Part shown: positions 38,405 to 47,758 of the stretch, piece after piece | Layout of the letters: each line of letters starts with the position of its first letter | Position numbering within the stretch: position 1 is the first letter of the stretch | DNA from: a virus | DNA: 64,000 nt | Direction: 5' to 3' (one strand) | Virus record (IMG/VR): IMGVR_UViG_3300020205_005279 | Coordinates: 25,051-89,050 of that record | The notes under the pieces: generated by a model | What the model saw: the letters and a program-made list of their open reading frames with translations, nothing else | Databases searched by the model: none | What the model was told of the DNA's origin: nothing | Made by a program: the position numbers and the translations under genes

Positions 38405-39340
38405 TTACCATGACCGAATTATCACTAAACCTTGGCCGCCGTTACCTCCCGCACCACCGCCACCTGTAGTGCCTCCTGCACCACCACCACCACCACCCGA
38501 GCCGAATCCCCCGTTACCTCCGAAGCCCCCAAGTGCGTTGCCGCTGTTGCACCCACCGCCCGAGCCTCCAGTGGAAAGCAGTGGAGTCCGAAGCGCAACA
38601 CCAGCAGAGCCGATGCCAGCAGTTGCACCAGCGGCACCACCGACTAGGGTTGCAAAAAGGCTTAGTACGGCTGTCTGCGAGGCAGGGGCTGTGATGTTGC
38701 CTCCTACTCCAGTTGAGCCACTTCCACCTCCCGCACCACCAGATAACAGCAATCCAGTTGCGGGGTATGTTATTGCACCGCCTGGACCGTTAGCAACGGC
38801 GCCACCAGCAGCGCCAGCCACCCCAGCAAAAGCAACAAAAGTACCTAATCCAGCAAGTAGAGAGCCAGCGACTGTTGCGGCAGCCACCGAAGCACCACCG
38901 GTACCGACAAGTGTAGACGAAGGTGCAGCACCCGTGTTGCCTCCGGGGGCAAGGCATACGCTGTAAATAACTGCTGTAGATTGAGCAATCGAAACAGCAG
39001 AGCGAAAACCGGCGGTTCCGGCATTGCCGACCGTAGTGGAAGAAGCGCCACCGTTACCGCCACGACCTGACGAGACGTATAGTATATCAGGCAATAAATT
39101 GGCAGGGATTTCCACTGTTGTGAAGCCGGCGCTGCCACCACCGCCACCTCCACCACGGTTCCCTGTGGCTGCTGGAAAACCACTAGAACCGCCTCCGCCG
39201 CCGCCAATGCAGATAATGTTAATCATGATTATGTTGCTTGGTTTTTCCCAAGTAACCCATTCCGAACCGCTGCTGGCAAAGCCAGGGAATACGCTGACAA
39301 AACCATTTTGTGGTTTTGGGATGTCAAATAGGTTAAGCAT
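38405..39340 (-). CDS. Glycine-rich tail fibre/adhesin protein, copy 1
   Basis: Paralog of 37439-38398; start re-set to 39340 (MLNLFDIPKPQNGF, TAATG coupling). Confidence 0.75.
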   Translation of the reverse strand: MLNLFDIPKPQNGFVSVFPGFASSGSEWVTWEKPSNIIMINIICIGGGGGGSSGFPAATGNRGGGGGGGSAGFTTVEIPANLLPDILYVSSGRGGNGGASSTTVGNAGTAGFRSAVSIAQSTAVIYSVCLAPGGNTGAAPSSTLVGTGGASVAAATVAGSLLAGLGTFVAFAGVAGAAGGAVANGPGGAITYPATGLLLSGGAGGGSGSTGVGGNITAPASQTAVLSLFATLVGGAAGATAGIGSAGVALRTPLLSTGGSGGGCNSGNALGGFGGNGGFGSGGGGGGAGGTTGGGGAGGNGGQGLVIIRSW

Positions 39341-39807
39341 TAGTAGTCGCCTCCGATAACGGATGCCATCCACCCTGAGTTGGCAGTTTGAGCCACAGAT
39401 TGTGAGACCAGGATATAACGCGAAGCTGGAATGGCGAAGTTGAGAGGAATTTCAATTACGTAAGGAGCAGTAGCGACAGTAAAGGTCTGCGCTGCTGCCT
39501 GAACTCCGATATGATATGTTGTGTTAACAATATTTAGAGCGTTCCCAGCGGTGTTAACGGTAGAAATGTAAACTTGTAGAACAGTTGCGACAGAAGAAAT
39601 AACGCTAGTTGTGGAAGTGAACTGAAAACGAATCTTTTGCAGGTACGACCCATTCACTCCTGAAGAGAAAGTCAGGACGGTTCCCGCTGCTACTCCTGAA
39701 TCAATGGCGCCGGGGTTTTGAGTGTTTACGTTCGCAGTAACGTTTGGAATTAGAGCCCAGTTAACATCTGGTGTAAGTGTCCAAATAGGTGAAGTGTTTG
39801 CTGCCAT
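39340..39807 (-). CDS. Tail fibre accessory protein (155 aa)
   Basis: MAANTSPIW...GGDY, a type seen ahead of Gly-rich fibre genes. Confidence 0.6.
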   Translation of the reverse strand: MAANTSPIWTLTPDVNWALIPNVTANVNTQNPGAIDSGVAAGTVLTFSSGVNGSYLQKIRFQFTSTTSVISSVATVLQVYISTVNTAGNALNIVNTTYHIGVQAAAQTFTVATAPYVIEIPLNFAIPASRYILVSQSVAQTANSGWMASVIGGDY

Positions 39808-39839
39808 TTTAGTAAATTAGAGAATTGTTTAAGAGAAAT

Positions 39840-40148
39840 TTAGGGCATTGCTGCGCCGTATTGAACAGCAAGTAATCGGCCATATCTGGGGTTAGCGGAA
39901 GCATCACTGTCAATAGTCCATGTGCTACCAGAACCTGACACGATAATGTCGCCCTTGTCGCCATCGGTGACGCCCCCGCCACCACCACCACCAGCCCCAA
40001 TCTCAACGATGGATGCTGTGCCGTTGTCCTTCTTGATAAACAGCTTTCCGTCAAACGTGTTGACCGCCAGCTCACCCAGCGCAAGTTGCCCCGTGGTCGG
40101 GACTGCTGAAGCAACGGCGCTACGCCGTATTTTAATTGTGTTTGCCAT
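39840..40148 (-). CDS. Short tail-fibre adaptor (102 aa)
   Basis: IKIRRS...P....LALGELAVNTFDGKLF N-domain; VTDGDKGDI.VSGSG.TWTID. Confidence 0.7.
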   Translation of the reverse strand: MANTIKIRRSAVASAVPTTGQLALGELAVNTFDGKLFIKKDNGTASIVEIGAGGGGGGGVTDGDKGDIIVSGSGSTWTIDSDASANPRYGRLLAVQYGAAMP

Positions 40149-40210
40149 TTGGCTACCTGTTAATTTCTATGTAGAAGGGTTAAGCCCCGTATATACGGGG
40201 CAATTTAGTC

Positions 40211-42649
40211 TTAGAAAGTTCCGCCGTCGATATCAAAGCCTGATGCAGCTTCATTCTCTAGGAAAGTTACCAAGTCACTAAGCGCAACTTGTACCATTGT
40301 ACCAGCATCATTTATGACCATGCGGTCAGCCGCCGCCAGTGTCGTCGCGGTTGCAGTAGTCGAACCGTCAATTACTGCCGCCTCGGTTGAAGTTAGAGCA
40401 GCAAGTGAGGTGGCAGTGGCCGATGCCATGCCGGAAAGGGTATCCAACTCAGCATCCCAGGCCTGAACGTTGGTACCGATCGCCAGTCCAAGTGATGTCC
40501 GTGCGCCTGATGCCGATGTTGCATTAGTACCACCGTTTGCTAGGCCAAGGGTACCGGCCAGGGTGATTGCCCCCGTAGTACCGGTGCTAGGGGTGAGCCC
40601 CGTAGTCCCTGCAGAGAACGAGGTCACGCCCGCATTGGCATTTGTCAGGTTAAAAGTACTGTACCATTGCGCTCCAGAGGACGCAAAGAACAGCAACATT
40701 GCATTTACCGGAAGGCTGATTGCGGTGTTCGATCCCAGGGCATCGATTGTTGCGCCGGTTGCTGGGAAGACGCCGACGGGATTAGTGCCCCGGTTAACAA
40801 CTAAAATCCTCCGGCCAGTGGTGGCGGTGGGTAGAGTAACACCACTTGGGTTAGCGACTGTGACCGTGACAATGTTATGGTCGTTGGTCAGAGCGCCCTG
40901 ACCCTGAGCACTAGTGCCGGCGGTGATGTTTACAGCAGTACTGAATGTCTCACCAGACAGGGATGGTGTGGTTAGCGACGGAGACGTACCGAATACCAAA
41001 GCTCCCGAACCCGTCTCATCGGAGATCGCGGCAGCGAGGTTAGCGGACGTGTCAGAGATGCTATAACCCGAGAATGTCGTCGGGGCAGTTCCAGCAGTAA
41101 CTCGACCGTAGGTATCGACGGTGACGGAACGATATGTCCCAGCCGTTGCAATACCCGAAGTCAGGTTGATTGAGTCGGCGATAACCGTCAGGGACCCACC
41201 GCCAGTAGATGCAACGTCAAGGGTATTACCGCTCTTAGTAAGACCCGCCCCAGCGAGAATCTGACCTGCGCCCGAAAACTGGGTGAAGAGAAGGGCGTCT
41301 CCCGTAAATGTCGTATAGCCAGCACCCGACTTGCCCATTCTGGTGGGAGGACTAGAAGTCTGAATAAAGCCATTGCCACCGTTAGTGGTACCACTAGCAA
41401 CAAAGACGTAGTCACCAGAAGTGATTTCGCCCGTTGGGCCGTTATCAAAGTCAACCGCCCTCGTCCACACGCCGTTAGCGCCAGTGCCAACAGTTGTTAC
41501 ATTATATGAACCGTTGTAGGCAGCGGTTGTGTGATCTTTGACAAGAATGCGCTGGCCAAGAACCAAAGTAGCCCCAGAATCAACGCTATTTGGAGTTCCA
41601 CTAAGTGTTGCGCCAACACCGGGATCGCCAGTAACGCCAATACTGAGACCAGTTCCGTTGGTCAGAGTTGCATTTGTTCCGCCAAAAACCGCGGACAGTT
41701 TGACCTGATTAAGCGTCGGTTCGGCAGTTACATAATAAGTAGTGTTGGCAGTTAGCCCAGTGCCAGTTACGGTGTCTCCTGTACGAATCTGGGAATTAAT
41801 ATGTAACCCATGTTCAGCACTGAACGTAATCGTATCAGTGCCAGTAATTGTGGCAACAGTTAAAGCAGTACCGCCGGAAGTGTAAGTGTATGAAACAGAC
41901 GCATTGGTGGCGAAGTCGGCAGCACCGTGGACGTTCAGGCTTTGCGCGATTGCGTCGGCATACGCTTTGTTGGCGGCATCGGTCGGGAGCTGCGGTGATG
42001 CAACATCCAGAATCCGCTGGTTGTTGAAGCTGACAGTAGCCGTAGGCGCTGCCATCTGATCCAGACGGCTGGTGCGGACCTGAGTATCGAAGTCACTGAC
42101 CTTGGCAGCAGTCAGCGTTGGAATATCTGCTGCTAGTAGGGCACGGAAGGTGGGGGCGCCTGTAGCACCGTTAGGAGCGATGAAGACGGTGTTTGCTGTT
42201 TGGTCAGCCAGAGTGCCAGTTAACGTCCCGGTGCCAGTTACCGGCGAGTTGCTAACAGTAATAAATGAAGGCAGACTAAGACCAACACTAGTAACGGTGC
42301 CAGTACCATAACCAAGAGACTTGACAAACGCTGTGGTGGCGAGACGAGTGCTATTATCACCGGTGCTCTGCGTAACACCGACCGCACTACTGGTCCCGGT
42401 GCCACTAAGATTTACAACACCAGTAAATTCTTTGTTACCAGTGACAGTTTGCGTACCAGCGAGGGCGAGAAACGCACCTATACCGCCGATTGCCGGGATT
42501 GTTGTAGCTGTACCACCGGCCCCTCCCGTACCTTTACCGTAGTACAGGATGTCATCGACTTCGTTAAAGGCCAACTCCGCGTTAGCCAAACTTGTTGGCG
42601 ACCCGGAGTTACCGCTGGCGCGACGTTTGATCCTTAAAATATTAGCCAT
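40211..42649 (-). CDS. Tail fibre protein (812 aa)
   Basis: LANAELAFNE N-domain, STRLATTAFV, DAANKAYAD, RILVKD...NGVWTRA.D, SVTVDTYGRVTAG. Confidence 0.85.
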   Translation of the reverse strand: MANILRIKRRASGNSGSPTSLANAELAFNEVDDILYYGKGTGGAGGTATTIPAIGGIGAFLALAGTQTVTGNKEFTGVVNLSGTGTSSAVGVTQSTGDNSTRLATTAFVKSLGYGTGTVTSVGLSLPSFITVSNSPVTGTGTLTGTLADQTANTVFIAPNGATGAPTFRALLAADIPTLTAAKVSDFDTQVRTSRLDQMAAPTATVSFNNQRILDVASPQLPTDAANKAYADAIAQSLNVHGAADFATNASVSYTYTSGGTALTVATITGTDTITFSAEHGLHINSQIRTGDTVTGTGLTANTTYYVTAEPTLNQVKLSAVFGGTNATLTNGTGLSIGVTGDPGVGATLSGTPNSVDSGATLVLGQRILVKDHTTAAYNGSYNVTTVGTGANGVWTRAVDFDNGPTGEITSGDYVFVASGTTNGGNGFIQTSSPPTRMGKSGAGYTTFTGDALLFTQFSGAGQILAGAGLTKSGNTLDVASTGGGSLTVIADSINLTSGIATAGTYRSVTVDTYGRVTAGTAPTTFSGYSISDTSANLAAAISDETGSGALVFGTSPSLTTPSLSGETFSTAVNITAGTSAQGQGALTNDHNIVTVTVANPSGVTLPTATTGRRILVVNRGTNPVGVFPATGATIDALGSNTAISLPVNAMLLFFASSGAQWYSTFNLTNANAGVTSFSAGTTGLTPSTGTTGAITLAGTLGLANGGTNATSASGARTSLGLAIGTNVQAWDAELDTLSGMASATATSLAALTSTEAAVIDGSTTATATTLAAADRMVINDAGTMVQVALSDLVTFLENEAASGFDIDGGTF

Positions 42650-42651
42650 GG

Positions 42652-42900
42652 TTAGAAATTGCCTCCATCAGTTAGAGTGGATTTTGTATTATCAGAGTTG
42701 GATAAAAATTTGCCCGCTCCTGCGTTGTAAACGGGCACACTCCCATCAACAGCAAACGCATTATCAAAAATTTCCACTCTATCTTCTAAAGCTTTCAACA
42801 TACCGAAAGTTACGGGTTCAGAGTCCTCCACCGGCTCAGGTAGATTGAGAATTCTACTGGCACCTTTAAAATCGTGATTTACATAAATTTCTCTGCTCAT
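42652..42900 (-). CDS. Small fibre-associated protein (82 aa)
   Basis: RILNLPEP..D motif; ends DGGNF. Confidence 0.6.
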   Translation of the reverse strand: MSREIYVNHDFKGASRILNLPEPVEDSEPVTFGMLKALEDRVEIFDNAFAVDGSVPVYNAGAGKFLSNSDNTKSTLTDGGNF

Positions 42901-43490
42901 TATATTAACCTAGCGTAACCACTAATTGGTAGGGTAAATTTTATTCTTACAGAATTTTTGGTCAGGTGGATAATCTCCGCGTCGATTTCTTCCCATGCAC
43001 TATTAAACACCTCTACAGAAGGTCGGTACCCGAGATTGTGAGTAATTGTCCAGGTTGCACGAGGATCAGTTTGACTATACTGTACAGCTCTTACATTATT
43101 TCGGACAGTTGAGACACTGGATGGCAACTCTGGAACCACGGGTTCGGGCGGAACGTAAGCATCTATCTGGTTCAGATCCAGGATAGTATTCTGTTCCAAT
43201 AGGTTGTCGGATACAGTGGACTGAGAGAACAGATTCCTCTCGTCAGCCCACGATTGCCAACCCCAAAGATCCTCGTTCCATGTATCGTGCGCTAACTGAT
43301 CGGCTAAGTCGGCCTGGGTAGCGCGATGATTGCGCATTGGTCCCGGATTAACTCTGTTTGATGAGGTAAGATACTCAGACTGGGATAGTTGTTGGCGAAC
43401 TAAAGACGTTACCTGAGTATCGGTAGATCTGTAATCAGAAACCTCTTGTGACTGCCCCCACTTTCTGTAGGGATTGGTGTTAACAGCCAT
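42900..43490 (-). CDS. Tail/baseplate-associated protein (196 aa)
   Basis: C-terminal WTITHNLGYRPSV...SGYA.L motif. Confidence 0.6.
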   Translation of the reverse strand: MAVNTNPYRKWGQSQEVSDYRSTDTQVTSLVRQQLSQSEYLTSSNRVNPGPMRNHRATQADLADQLAHDTWNEDLWGWQSWADERNLFSQSTVSDNLLEQNTILDLNQIDAYVPPEPVVPELPSSVSTVRNNVRAVQYSQTDPRATWTITHNLGYRPSVEVFNSAWEEIDAEIIHLTKNSVRIKFTLPISGYARLI

Positions 43491-43514
43491 GTTATTTGCA
43501 CCTTCTTTATCTAT

Positions 43515-43538
43515 ATTTAAACAAAAAAAGGTTTAAAG
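43515..43538. promoter_or_regulatory. Divergent pair of putative late promoters
   Basis: GTTTAAAT on - (43522-43515) before 43490 and GTTTAAAG on + (43531-43538) before 43560. Confidence 0.7.
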
Positions 43539-43559
43539 AAAGACACCGTTATAAACACT

Positions 43560-43937
43560 ATGGCAACAAGCAAAATGACTCGAGAGTCATCAGGCCCGGC
43601 GATTACCTCTACAGATATTGACGATGATCTCTTTAACTTCGGAGAGGCAGAAATTATTACCGTTGAGGTTGCCCCTGGTAAATATCTTTGTCTAAAAGAA
43701 CCCACCGCTAGCGACTTGATTGAAATTAGTAAAATTTCCGATAATAAAAACATTTCAGAGGTGGAAGCAACGCTACAAACCATTTGTATTCTTCACGCCC
43801 CTGACCCCGGTGAACGGCGCTTATCCCTGAAAGACGCTAAGCGACTGCGCCCTAGGCAGTTGAGAAAACTCGGAGAGGCGATTAATACCCTGCTTGGTAT
43901 GGATGACGTAGAAGCCGGTGACGCAGAAGAAACTTGA
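43560..43937 (+). CDS. Tail assembly chaperone-like protein
   Basis: LKEPTASDL and L...D...L..L.EAI pattern of Mu gp41/P2 E-type chaperones. Confidence 0.55.
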   Translation: MATSKMTRESSGPAITSTDIDDDLFNFGEAEIITVEVAPGKYLCLKEPTASDLIEISKISDNKNISEVEATLQTICILHAPDPGERRLSLKDAKRLRPRQLRKLGEAINTLLGMDDVEAGDAEET

Positions 43938-44370
43938 ACAACTCAAGGTAATTCGTAATCCTAATTACACGATCAGTGTAGTTGATAGAGCGGGTAAAAT
44001 TTTTATTTTCTCTGATATTTGCGGTAGTAACCTGGAGTTTTTGGAAAGTGTTTTAAATCCTGAGGCCTTAAAGAACGGAGAGCCTATCTCGCTAGGCATG
44101 GAGGCAATAATTGCTATTCTCAACCTTCTTAATACACAAAACTTTGATTTTATTTGTCTTCCACGTAGAATCATTTTTAAGATTTTTTCTGCGGTTAATG
44201 AGCATATACTTTGCAACTACGTCCCAAAGACAGATTGGTTAAAAATTTGTTACGGAATACAAAACGGATCTTTTTGTAATGTTTTAGCAATGGAATCTGT
44301 TCCAATGAGTAAATTTATGACCATGCATCAAATTCACAAAGAAGCCATTGCCACCTCGGATAGCACTTGA
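43918..44370 (+). CDS. Hypothetical protein, possibly chaperone-related
   Basis: Overlaps the chaperone 3' end in the +1/-2 frame. Confidence 0.5.
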   Translation: MTQKKLEQLKVIRNPNYTISVVDRAGKIFIFSDICGSNLEFLESVLNPEALKNGEPISLGMEAIIAILNLLNTQNFDFICLPRRIIFKIFSAVNEHILCNYVPKTDWLKICYGIQNGSFCNVLAMESVPMSKFMTMHQIHKEAIATSDST

Positions 44371-44612
44371 TGACCGATTCTGAAAAACTTAAACTTATTC
44401 TTATCTTGTGCTCAATTTGCATGAAGCAAGATGTAGTAGAACTAAAGGCTTTTGTTAAAGTTAATGCGCGGTATGTTGATACAAATGACTTTAATAAGAT
44501 CTTGCGCAAATCCATGAAGTTAATGGAAAATAAGCGCTGTGGAACTGCTTCTTGCCCAGATTGGCTTATGAATGAATTATTTTGCTTCTATAAACTTGAT
44601 TTTGTCAGCTAA
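44367..44612 (+). CDS. Hypothetical protein (81 aa)
   Basis: ORF track. Confidence 0.5.
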   Translation: MMTDSEKLKLILILCSICMKQDVVELKAFVKVNARYVDTNDFNKILRKSMKLMENKRCGTASCPDWLMNELFCFYKLDFVS

Positions 44613-44632
44613 ACAGTTTTAAATCAATGGTT

Positions 44633-44640
44633 GTTTAAAG
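44633..44640 (+). promoter_or_regulatory. Putative late promoter GTTTAAAG
   Basis: ~34 nt before the sheath ATG 44675. Confidence 0.65.
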
Positions 44641-44674
44641 ATAAAAGTGAAAGATATAGCGTCTTCAATTCCCT

Positions 44675-47600
44675 ATGGCCAATCCAATTAGAATCAATGC
44701 AGCGACATTGAATAGGCCGGGTGTCTTTGTAACTCAAACTTCAACAGGCTCCCTTCCAGAACCCATCGCTACACACGCTGTAGGATACTTATTCGGTACT
44801 ACTCCGACTGAGGACTACTATGGCGAAGATGCTATTAACGCTTATTCCGTTTTTGAACCCTATAAACCAACTCAGGTCGGCTCGGTAGCCGATTACCTGG
44901 AAAAAGTTGGCGGAGAAATTCCCTCTACAAATAGAGGAGCCCTGGCATCTTACGATGCAGTAAATTCTTTCTTTGAAAACGTCGGCGTTAATGGCATTTT
45001 ATATTTTACTCGCGTATCACCTACTCCAGAAACAGTAATCGATCTGGGAGCTTCTAGCGCCGGTGCCGGGTACAATGCGTTTGCTATCAAAGTCAATGGC
45101 CGTTATTTTGGTACTCCGATTGGAGTAGAGGATAATGATGGTGATGTAATTCGTGTAATCACCACCACGGCTCTTGACCAAGTCGATAACGCTCGCGATT
45201 TATACGAGTTCCTTGCCGATAATGGCGATGGATTTGCCGATTTTTATCGCATTGAGCAAAGTGCCGAAGAGGCCGTAGCTGGTCAATTTAGGATTTTTTC
45301 TCGCGATACTAAAAATCTTCCGGTTGTTAATAGATTTGTAGCGTATCAGTTCAGTGATACAAATTACACCGTACCACTCAATTTAAATAACCCTGTAGTG
45401 GTCAAGTTTTATACCTCGGTAAAGGAGGTGAACTTTAGGTGTGTGTCTCGTGACCAGGCCACTGGAGAACCAGTTCTGTTTCTTTCGGGAAGTCAACTCA
45501 GTGCTTATTTGAAAGCAACATCGACGGAGTATGACGCTCCGGTTGCCGGATTTGATGACGTAACTGGCACAATTGAGCTTTCTAGTTCAGTTGGATTGAG
45601 CGTCGGTAATCGAGTGGCCCTTGAGGGGACAAATATTGGAACCTTGAGCCTTGATTTTAATACAATTTACTTTGTAAAAACCAAAACCACAAATACGATT
45701 GAACTCTCGACCACGTCAGGTGGCCCAGCTCTTTCATTCACAGGTGCGCCAGGTGCTAGTGTAGTGGTTCGTAAACTGGCCTACAATCAGGCCACTCAAC
45801 AGTCGGAAATCATCAAAGCTTTCCTTGTTGATCAAGACGTTTATGCTTCTTCTCTTACAATTCCCAATGCTAAGATCTTAGGTATTTCCAAAGATCTGAC
45901 TTCAGGAGCTTTTGCTCAGACAAAGTGGGATGATGCAAACGCTTTGTACTGGCAATATGATCTATCCGGAGAAACTTTTTCGGAGATTCAAAATGGCGGT
46001 GTAAATGTAGTTCCCAGCGGAGAAATTGCTACTACTGGAGGAGTGACTACAAGAAGTGGTTATTTACCCGACTCAGTTCAAGTCTTCTACATCAACGTAG
46101 CCGGTGAGAATCGGGCCGTAATCGTCAATGGCGCAAAGCCCGACGATTTGGCCGGGGAACTTGCCACGCAAATTCGGGCAATTTTTGCAGAAAAAGAACT
46201 CGATGGCTACTATACTGTTGAAGTTGTTGCCTCCGGAAGCAATGTAACTGGAGATGTTCATGTGCCCAATAATGGTCACAAAGTTTCTCGGTTGGTTTCA
46301 GAAGCCGGTGCTCCGTACATTCGTCCAGAAACCGACGACATTTCTCTATCTGGGACTGTGGCAATTTCAGGTGGTGTTGTTAGTGGAACAGGTACGGCGT
46401 TCAATACTGAACTTTCATCCGGGGATATTTTTGTTGCTCGTGGTGTAAGATTTGTAGTTGGCACAATTACTGATGCCGATACCATGAGCGTAACTCCGAA
46501 CAATGTAACTATTGCTCCCGGAGCTACTATCTCTCTTGATAAGTCTCTTCCTAACGGATTCTTCTCTTTTGACTACGTTCTTCGGATTAAAATTACCTCT
46601 AACAATGGGGTTTCTTCACCAGTAAATCCAGGACAAAATAGATTTGGAATTACTGACCCGAACGTAATTAAACTTGTTTCATCGAGCCAAAATGCTGACT
46701 ACGATGGATATAAGTTAACTCAAATTGCCAAGGCAAATGACTTTGTATATGCAATTGAGCAGGGAGTGAATTCTAAAGTTCTTTCCCCGGGCTTCCTTTT
46801 TGCCCCAGAAGCCTATACGGTTCTTGACTATAATGCGGATGGCGGATTAACCGATGATCTCCAGAGCAAGGGCGAAGCCCGCAGAGAAAGACTAAAAATT
46901 ACCCAAGCGCTTCTAAGAGCTGCTGAAGGTAAACTTGGCGTAACAGATGGTATTGTTGGAACCCAACATATTGCCCTCATCGACTGCGGCGCTGATGAAG
47001 CCTCTCTGACTCAAGTCCAAGACGAATTGGACTTAATTAAGTCGACTGTCGGAGTGCCATTTGGCCACGCTGCTTACTACGCTCCATACATCAAGAACTC
47101 CCAAGATCGCTACGTAGCTCCTTCGAGCTTCATAGCCGGTATTGCTTGTTCAAGATATATCAACGAAGGCTTCCAACAGCCTCCAGCCGGCGCCCGTTAT
47201 CCACTACGCGGAGCCATTGGGCTTAAGTTTGACATTTCGGCCCAACAGCAAGAAGTTACCTACGCCCTCGGACTCAATCCGATCCGCTCTCTGCCCAACC
47301 GTGGCATTGTAGCATGGGGTGCTAGAACACTGTCCTCTAATCAACTCTTTAAGTTTGTTAACACCCGCGCGATTCTTAACGTTCTTATTGACGTTATGAG
47401 CCGGAGCTTTGATGACATTCTTTTTGAACAAATCGATTCGGCCGGAACAGTTTATGCCCGGGTTAAGTCCATTGCTTCTCAAGTTCTTGGTCAGTTCTTC
47501 CGCCAAGGAGCCCTATTCGGCTCTAGGCCTGAGCAGGCTTATCTGGTTGTTTGCTCTTCGGCAAATAACAGTAACTTAGATCTTGAAAATGGAACCGTAA

Positions 47601-47755
47601 GACTCGACGTATATGTGGCTACAAGCCCAACACTCGAGCGTCTCTTGGTAACTATTGTTAGAACACCCGCGGGACAAGTTGCTCAACTAAGCGACTCATT
47701 CTCAAGAAACGAGGAGCGGTTTAGTTACTTACTTAACACTACAAACGTCTTCTAA
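44675..47755 (+). CDS. Tail sheath protein, enlarged (1026 aa)
   Basis: RPGVFV N-terminus; AAYYAPY, PSSFIAG, QPPAG, LNPIR, AWGARTL, FVNTR, LFE, GALFG. Confidence 0.93.
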   Translation: MANPIRINAATLNRPGVFVTQTSTGSLPEPIATHAVGYLFGTTPTEDYYGEDAINAYSVFEPYKPTQVGSVADYLEKVGGEIPSTNRGALASYDAVNSFFENVGVNGILYFTRVSPTPETVIDLGASSAGAGYNAFAIKVNGRYFGTPIGVEDNDGDVIRVITTTALDQVDNARDLYEFLADNGDGFADFYRIEQSAEEAVAGQFRIFSRDTKNLPVVNRFVAYQFSDTNYTVPLNLNNPVVVKFYTSVKEVNFRCVSRDQATGEPVLFLSGSQLSAYLKATSTEYDAPVAGFDDVTGTIELSSSVGLSVGNRVALEGTNIGTLSLDFNTIYFVKTKTTNTIELSTTSGGPALSFTGAPGASVVVRKLAYNQATQQSEIIKAFLVDQDVYASSLTIPNAKILGISKDLTSGAFAQTKWDDANALYWQYDLSGETFSEIQNGGVNVVPSGEIATTGGVTTRSGYLPDSVQVFYINVAGENRAVIVNGAKPDDLAGELATQIRAIFAEKELDGYYTVEVVASGSNVTGDVHVPNNGHKVSRLVSEAGAPYIRPETDDISLSGTVAISGGVVSGTGTAFNTELSSGDIFVARGVRFVVGTITDADTMSVTPNNVTIAPGATISLDKSLPNGFFSFDYVLRIKITSNNGVSSPVNPGQNRFGITDPNVIKLVSSSQNADYDGYKLTQIAKANDFVYAIEQGVNSKVLSPGFLFAPEAYTVLDYNADGGLTDDLQSKGEARRERLKITQALLRAAEGKLGVTDGIVGTQHIALIDCGADEASLTQVQDELDLIKSTVGVPFGHAAYYAPYIKNSQDRYVAPSSFIAGIACSRYINEGFQQPPAGARYPLRGAIGLKFDISAQQQEVTYALGLNPIRSLPNRGIVAWGARTLSSNQLFKFVNTRAILNVLIDVMSRSFDDILFEQIDSAGTVYARVKSIASQVLGQFFRQGALFGSRPEQAYLVVCSSANNSNLDLENGTVRLDVYVATSPTLERLLVTIVRTPAGQVAQLSDSFSRNEERFSYLLNTTNVF

Positions 47756-47758
47756 TAG

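Noticed and set aside
37439-39340. Possible diversity-generating retroelement TR/VR pair
   Set aside because: No reverse transcriptase is in the window, differences are not adenine-specific, and both copies are full genes
37392-39359. Long Pro-rich + strand ORFs (143, 296 and 111 aa)
   Set aside because: They are antisense shadows of poly-Gly codons in the real minus-strand genes
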